Assembly (NCBI GenBank): GCA_010093605.1
Contig: MU004198.1
Coordinates: 1,366,726-1,430,725 of the forward strand
From: Lophium mytilinum
Taxonomy: Eukaryota
Direction of reading: 5' to 3'
Length of the DNA: 64,000 bases
The first letter of the stretch is position 1. The number at the start of each line of letters is the position of its first letter. Under the pieces are notes generated by a model, which saw nothing but the letters and a program-made list of their open reading frames with translations, was not told the DNA's origin and did no database searches. The translations under genes were made by a program, and so were the position numbers. Positions 60,786-64,000 of the stretch are shown piece after piece.

Positions 60786-60984
60786 TGTAAATTAAGATAT
60801 TCTTTGGCTCTTCAAGATCGTGTTAAAGAGCCTGGGGGCTGGCAGCAGCCCTTTAAAGCAATATGACAGGCAAGGCTGAGAAGGCGCAAGGCTCTAAGGC
60901 CGACATTGTACAACCAATTGCAAAACTTCAGAGAACACCGGAAAATGCCTGAGGTGCCGCGTGCACCAAGGTAGCATTCTAGAA

Positions 60985-61388
60985 TCAAGAAGGGTCCTTT
61001 AGCTTGGTCTCCGCGACCCAGTCTCCTCCACTCCACAATTGCCCAGTTGCTTTCTCTTTCAATTGGTACTCCCAACGCCCTGAACTCAACTTAAAATCGG
61101 AAACCTCGAAATCCTTATAGCCCGTACGGACACCGACAGTAACTTTCATTGACACCGTGTTTGCTTTATCAAAGTTTCGAGGCCTCTTAGTTGTATGATC
61201 AGCACAGAGAAGCGAAGGCTCAGAGGATCGGAAAATGCGGCACATACCTCCTGCGCTCGATCTCCTTGGGCCACACCGGATTTGTCGGGAGGGATAGGTA
61301 CTTCCTGAAGAGGCGACTGAACCGGTCAGCTAACAGGTCCTAGACTAGATCTCTAGCCGTGCAGATTTGACATTACCTGATCCGACAT
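60985..61388 (-). CDS. Small 93-aa protein with a beta-rich SH3/Tudor-like C-terminal domain, 3 exons
   Basis: Introns 61317-61376 and 61186-61247; exon 3 encodes FDKANTVSM..FEV..WEYQLKE..GGDWVAETKL. Confidence 0.72.
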
Positions 61389-62009
61389 GTCGTGAGCCTC
61401 GCGGTGCTTGCTGTCGAATTTAGATTGGGTGCGAGTTCCCACCACTTATTATTGTTTCGCTTCACTAGAAATCTGTGGCTTTGCAAAATACGAACGAAGT
61501 ACAGGGCGCAGGCTATCCAGACGCCCTCTGCTCTCCAAGGTTGACTTTAAGGCCAATAAGTCCGCAGAGCCTCAGCGAGGCCAGCGTTTCGATGGACGAA
61601 AGAGAGAATTCAAAGCAGGCCAACCATGTCTTCCGACGCCTGGATACGTCAGCTGGTTGTCTTCGATAGCGCCTTGCAGGAGCAGGAAAGGGTCCAATTG
61701 GTATTAATCTACATGACGCTAAACCAAGTGTAGACGGCCGTCCCAGGCATTTGGCTATTGGATGCAGCATCATCGGGCAACAAGGCAACAAGCTGCGAGG
61801 GCTGAAAGGCAGATTCCACAACGACACAATCAGACAATATGCAAACGCTGCGCCTTTTCACAGCCCGTTGTGCTACAGACTTACCACTCTACTGCCTAGG
61901 AAAATAGCGGTCCATAAAGACTATAGGTCTGATAAAATGCCGTTATATGGCTCGTTGGTCGCCTTCCGTTGTCATATAGCCTATCCACACTCTTGCCTTG
62001 CTCGGAAAG

Positions 62010-63530
62010 ATGGTGCAAAAAGCTCAGCACCCTACAGAGGGTGCCGGACACGTCACCCATGTTGCTCCAACAGCTCTCCATGTGGACACCAAAGGCAGCT
62101 CCAACGGAAATCCTCCTGTGACACCCAGCTCAAAGCTCAGCCCCGCAAGCAAGGTTGGCGACGGAGGACTTCACAATGAAGCTGACAGACAGGTCTTCCA
62201 GACAGAAGTTAACAAAAGAATGGACGTGCCAAATGGATACCTGAAGGTGGGGGTACTCATGCTCCGGTGGCAGAAGGGCCTTGATCAATTTCCAAAGCAC
62301 GATCAGGAAGTATGTACACTGGAGAGACGCGAAGAACCTCAGAAGGCGAATCACTAACCGTGTTAGATCGATGATCTTAGAGAGGTATTCGAAGACCTGT
62401 TCCACTACGAATGTACAATCGTGGAGCTCCATAACAATAAACAGCCAATGCTTCAGTTACGCAGCGCCATAGCTAAGCATGTGGAGAAATACGACGGTCC
62501 TAATAGTCTTTTGATTATATACTATACCGGCCATGGTTTCTGGAAAGAAGATCTAGAAGATCTCGAGATATCTGCGTAAGTCTCCATTCTACACCATGCG
62601 GAATCGTCCTGCTAACCGCGCAAAAGCACCAATGACTTTGATTTACCCAGGGGCGGTGGCAAATATCAGCCGACAGCACTTTGGTCTTGCGCCGATAAGC
62701 AACTACTCGATGAGACTGATGGCGGCCCCGAAAGCGATGTCCTCTGCCTCATGGACTGCTGTTTCGCCAGCAACATTCAAAAGTGTTCCACATCGCACCG
62801 GCGCGCAGTCCAGCTCATCTCAGCCTCTTCAAAGGACATGGCAACCCCCGGGCCCGGCGAGAACTCCTTCACCACAGCCCTCATCGTCGCCCTCCGCCAT
62901 TTGCTCAAGAAAGACGGCAAGACCGGGTTCCCGACCCAAAAGTTACACCAAGAAATCCTCAGTAAGCGCCCTGAGCCCGTCGCCATGCTCTTTGATCGCT
63001 TCAACCGCCATGCGAAACGCATCAAGCTCGCGCCACTGGTCAAGCCAAACCGAGAAGAGCAGCACAAGATCGAGGTATTCTACCAAGAACCTGAAAAGTC
63101 ATCTCTGAACATACGCTTCTCTCTCAAACAGTCTCGGCTATCGGAATGTCAAATCAAGGCTTTTGCGCGAGAGCTACCGGTCGCTTGTGAGAAGGCCGAG
63201 ATACCTGTTCGCAAGATCGATTGGCTAGAGCCACACAAGGTGATCAGCATAGGTGGGGCCGTGCAGGTGTTTCGGTTTCCAATTGCTGCCCGCCGCCGCT
63301 TACAGAGCAAGAGAGAAGGACTGGCACCGGTCCAGGCTCAGACGACAGCACTTGCTCCGATGCCTTCGTCGTTGAAAAGGCGGCCGACGTCGGACTTATC
63401 CAATCCTCCTTTGGCTCCAAATGAGAGGAAACTGATAATGGCTGCTTCTCTGATAAACGAGGTGGTAAATGATTCTACACCTGGGACTCCGTTGTCGGGT
63501 TCTGAAGGGTTGGATGATATGATGGATTGA
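62010..63530 (+). CDS. Caspase-like (peptidase C14/CD clan) protease, ~470 aa, 3 exons
   Basis: Introns 62310-62366 and 62576-62626; motifs GYLKVGVLMLRW, LLIIYYTGHG (catalytic His), DVLCLMDCCFA (catalytic Cys) and PGENSFTTAL. Confidence 0.88.
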
Positions 63531-64000
63531 GATTGGAGCTCCTTGTGACTTTCGAAGTTTGGTTCTAATCATAATTTTCGGTGAAGCTTACATTGGCTTT
63601 GAACGATACTCACGTTTCCCTCATGATCGCATTCTTTAACTTAGAAATGGGCAAGGTTTCCTAAGATTTGCTTGCTGAGACCAATGCATAATGGCTTCAC
63701 AGCTTTTTATCTGCCGGCCCTTCCATTATTGATCTATAGCAGGTGCTTTGCGCATGTATCTAGATACTCACACGAGTAAGGGGACTGAATGGACGCAGTA
63801 GGATCGGCTCGTCGTTGTTGAATGTCGTCCGCTGAAGATTCGGGCTCGGCACCAACTTGGGAAATCATGAGAAGAAGAAGAGTGAGCGCAAAAGATAGAG
63901 CGTTGAACGAACAAAGAAGCGACACGTTGATAGCAATGAATCGATAAGAGTAAATCATGAAGTGACGAAACTCGATAGATGTATTCCAGGGTACGAAAAG

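Noticed and set aside
63734..63958. 74-aa minus-strand ORF with a hydrophobic stretch
   Set aside because: No recognisable motif, and it lies at the window edge, so it cannot be supported.
1..64000. tRNA or rRNA genes
   Set aside because: The GGTTCG-type hits I checked lie in coding or unstructured sequence and I found no cloverleaf by eye; tRNAscan-SE would be decisive.

Overview
Gene-dense, intron-containing DNA from a filamentous ascomycete (Pezizomycotina). I found no rRNA, tRNA or CRISPR features. About 28 protein genes were reconstructed by hand from splice signals. The recognisable ones are Dot1 (5' end only), a HAM1/DUF4449-type protein, an F-box protein, a SnoaL-like secreted protein, TRAP-alpha/Irc22, a NYN/PIN-like plus CCCH zinc-finger protein, aprataxin (with an apparent frameshift), a DEAH helicase, Gpi11, a TAP-like hydrolase, a GPI-anchored cupredoxin, Bmt6, a TauD dioxygenase, an UNC-93-like MFS transporter, Nha1, an alpha-arrestin and Dpb11/Rad4. 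Four observations stand out. (1) Both unusually long introns of the putative RNase/CCCH gene contain long, mutually related RNA hairpins, and the first intron also has a competing 3' splice site that would create a premature stop; this is a candidate RNA-structure autoregulatory or small-RNA system. (2) An accessory block at 56-63.5 kb combines a caspase-like protease, a DUF6594 membrane protein and a small beta-rich protein; this is a candidate cell-death or immunity module. (3) Four highly diverged small genes share one intron position and form a family I do not recognise. (4) A Mutator/foldback-like insertion sits about 90 bp upstream of the Dpb11 start codon. Family names come from motif recognition, not from database searches.
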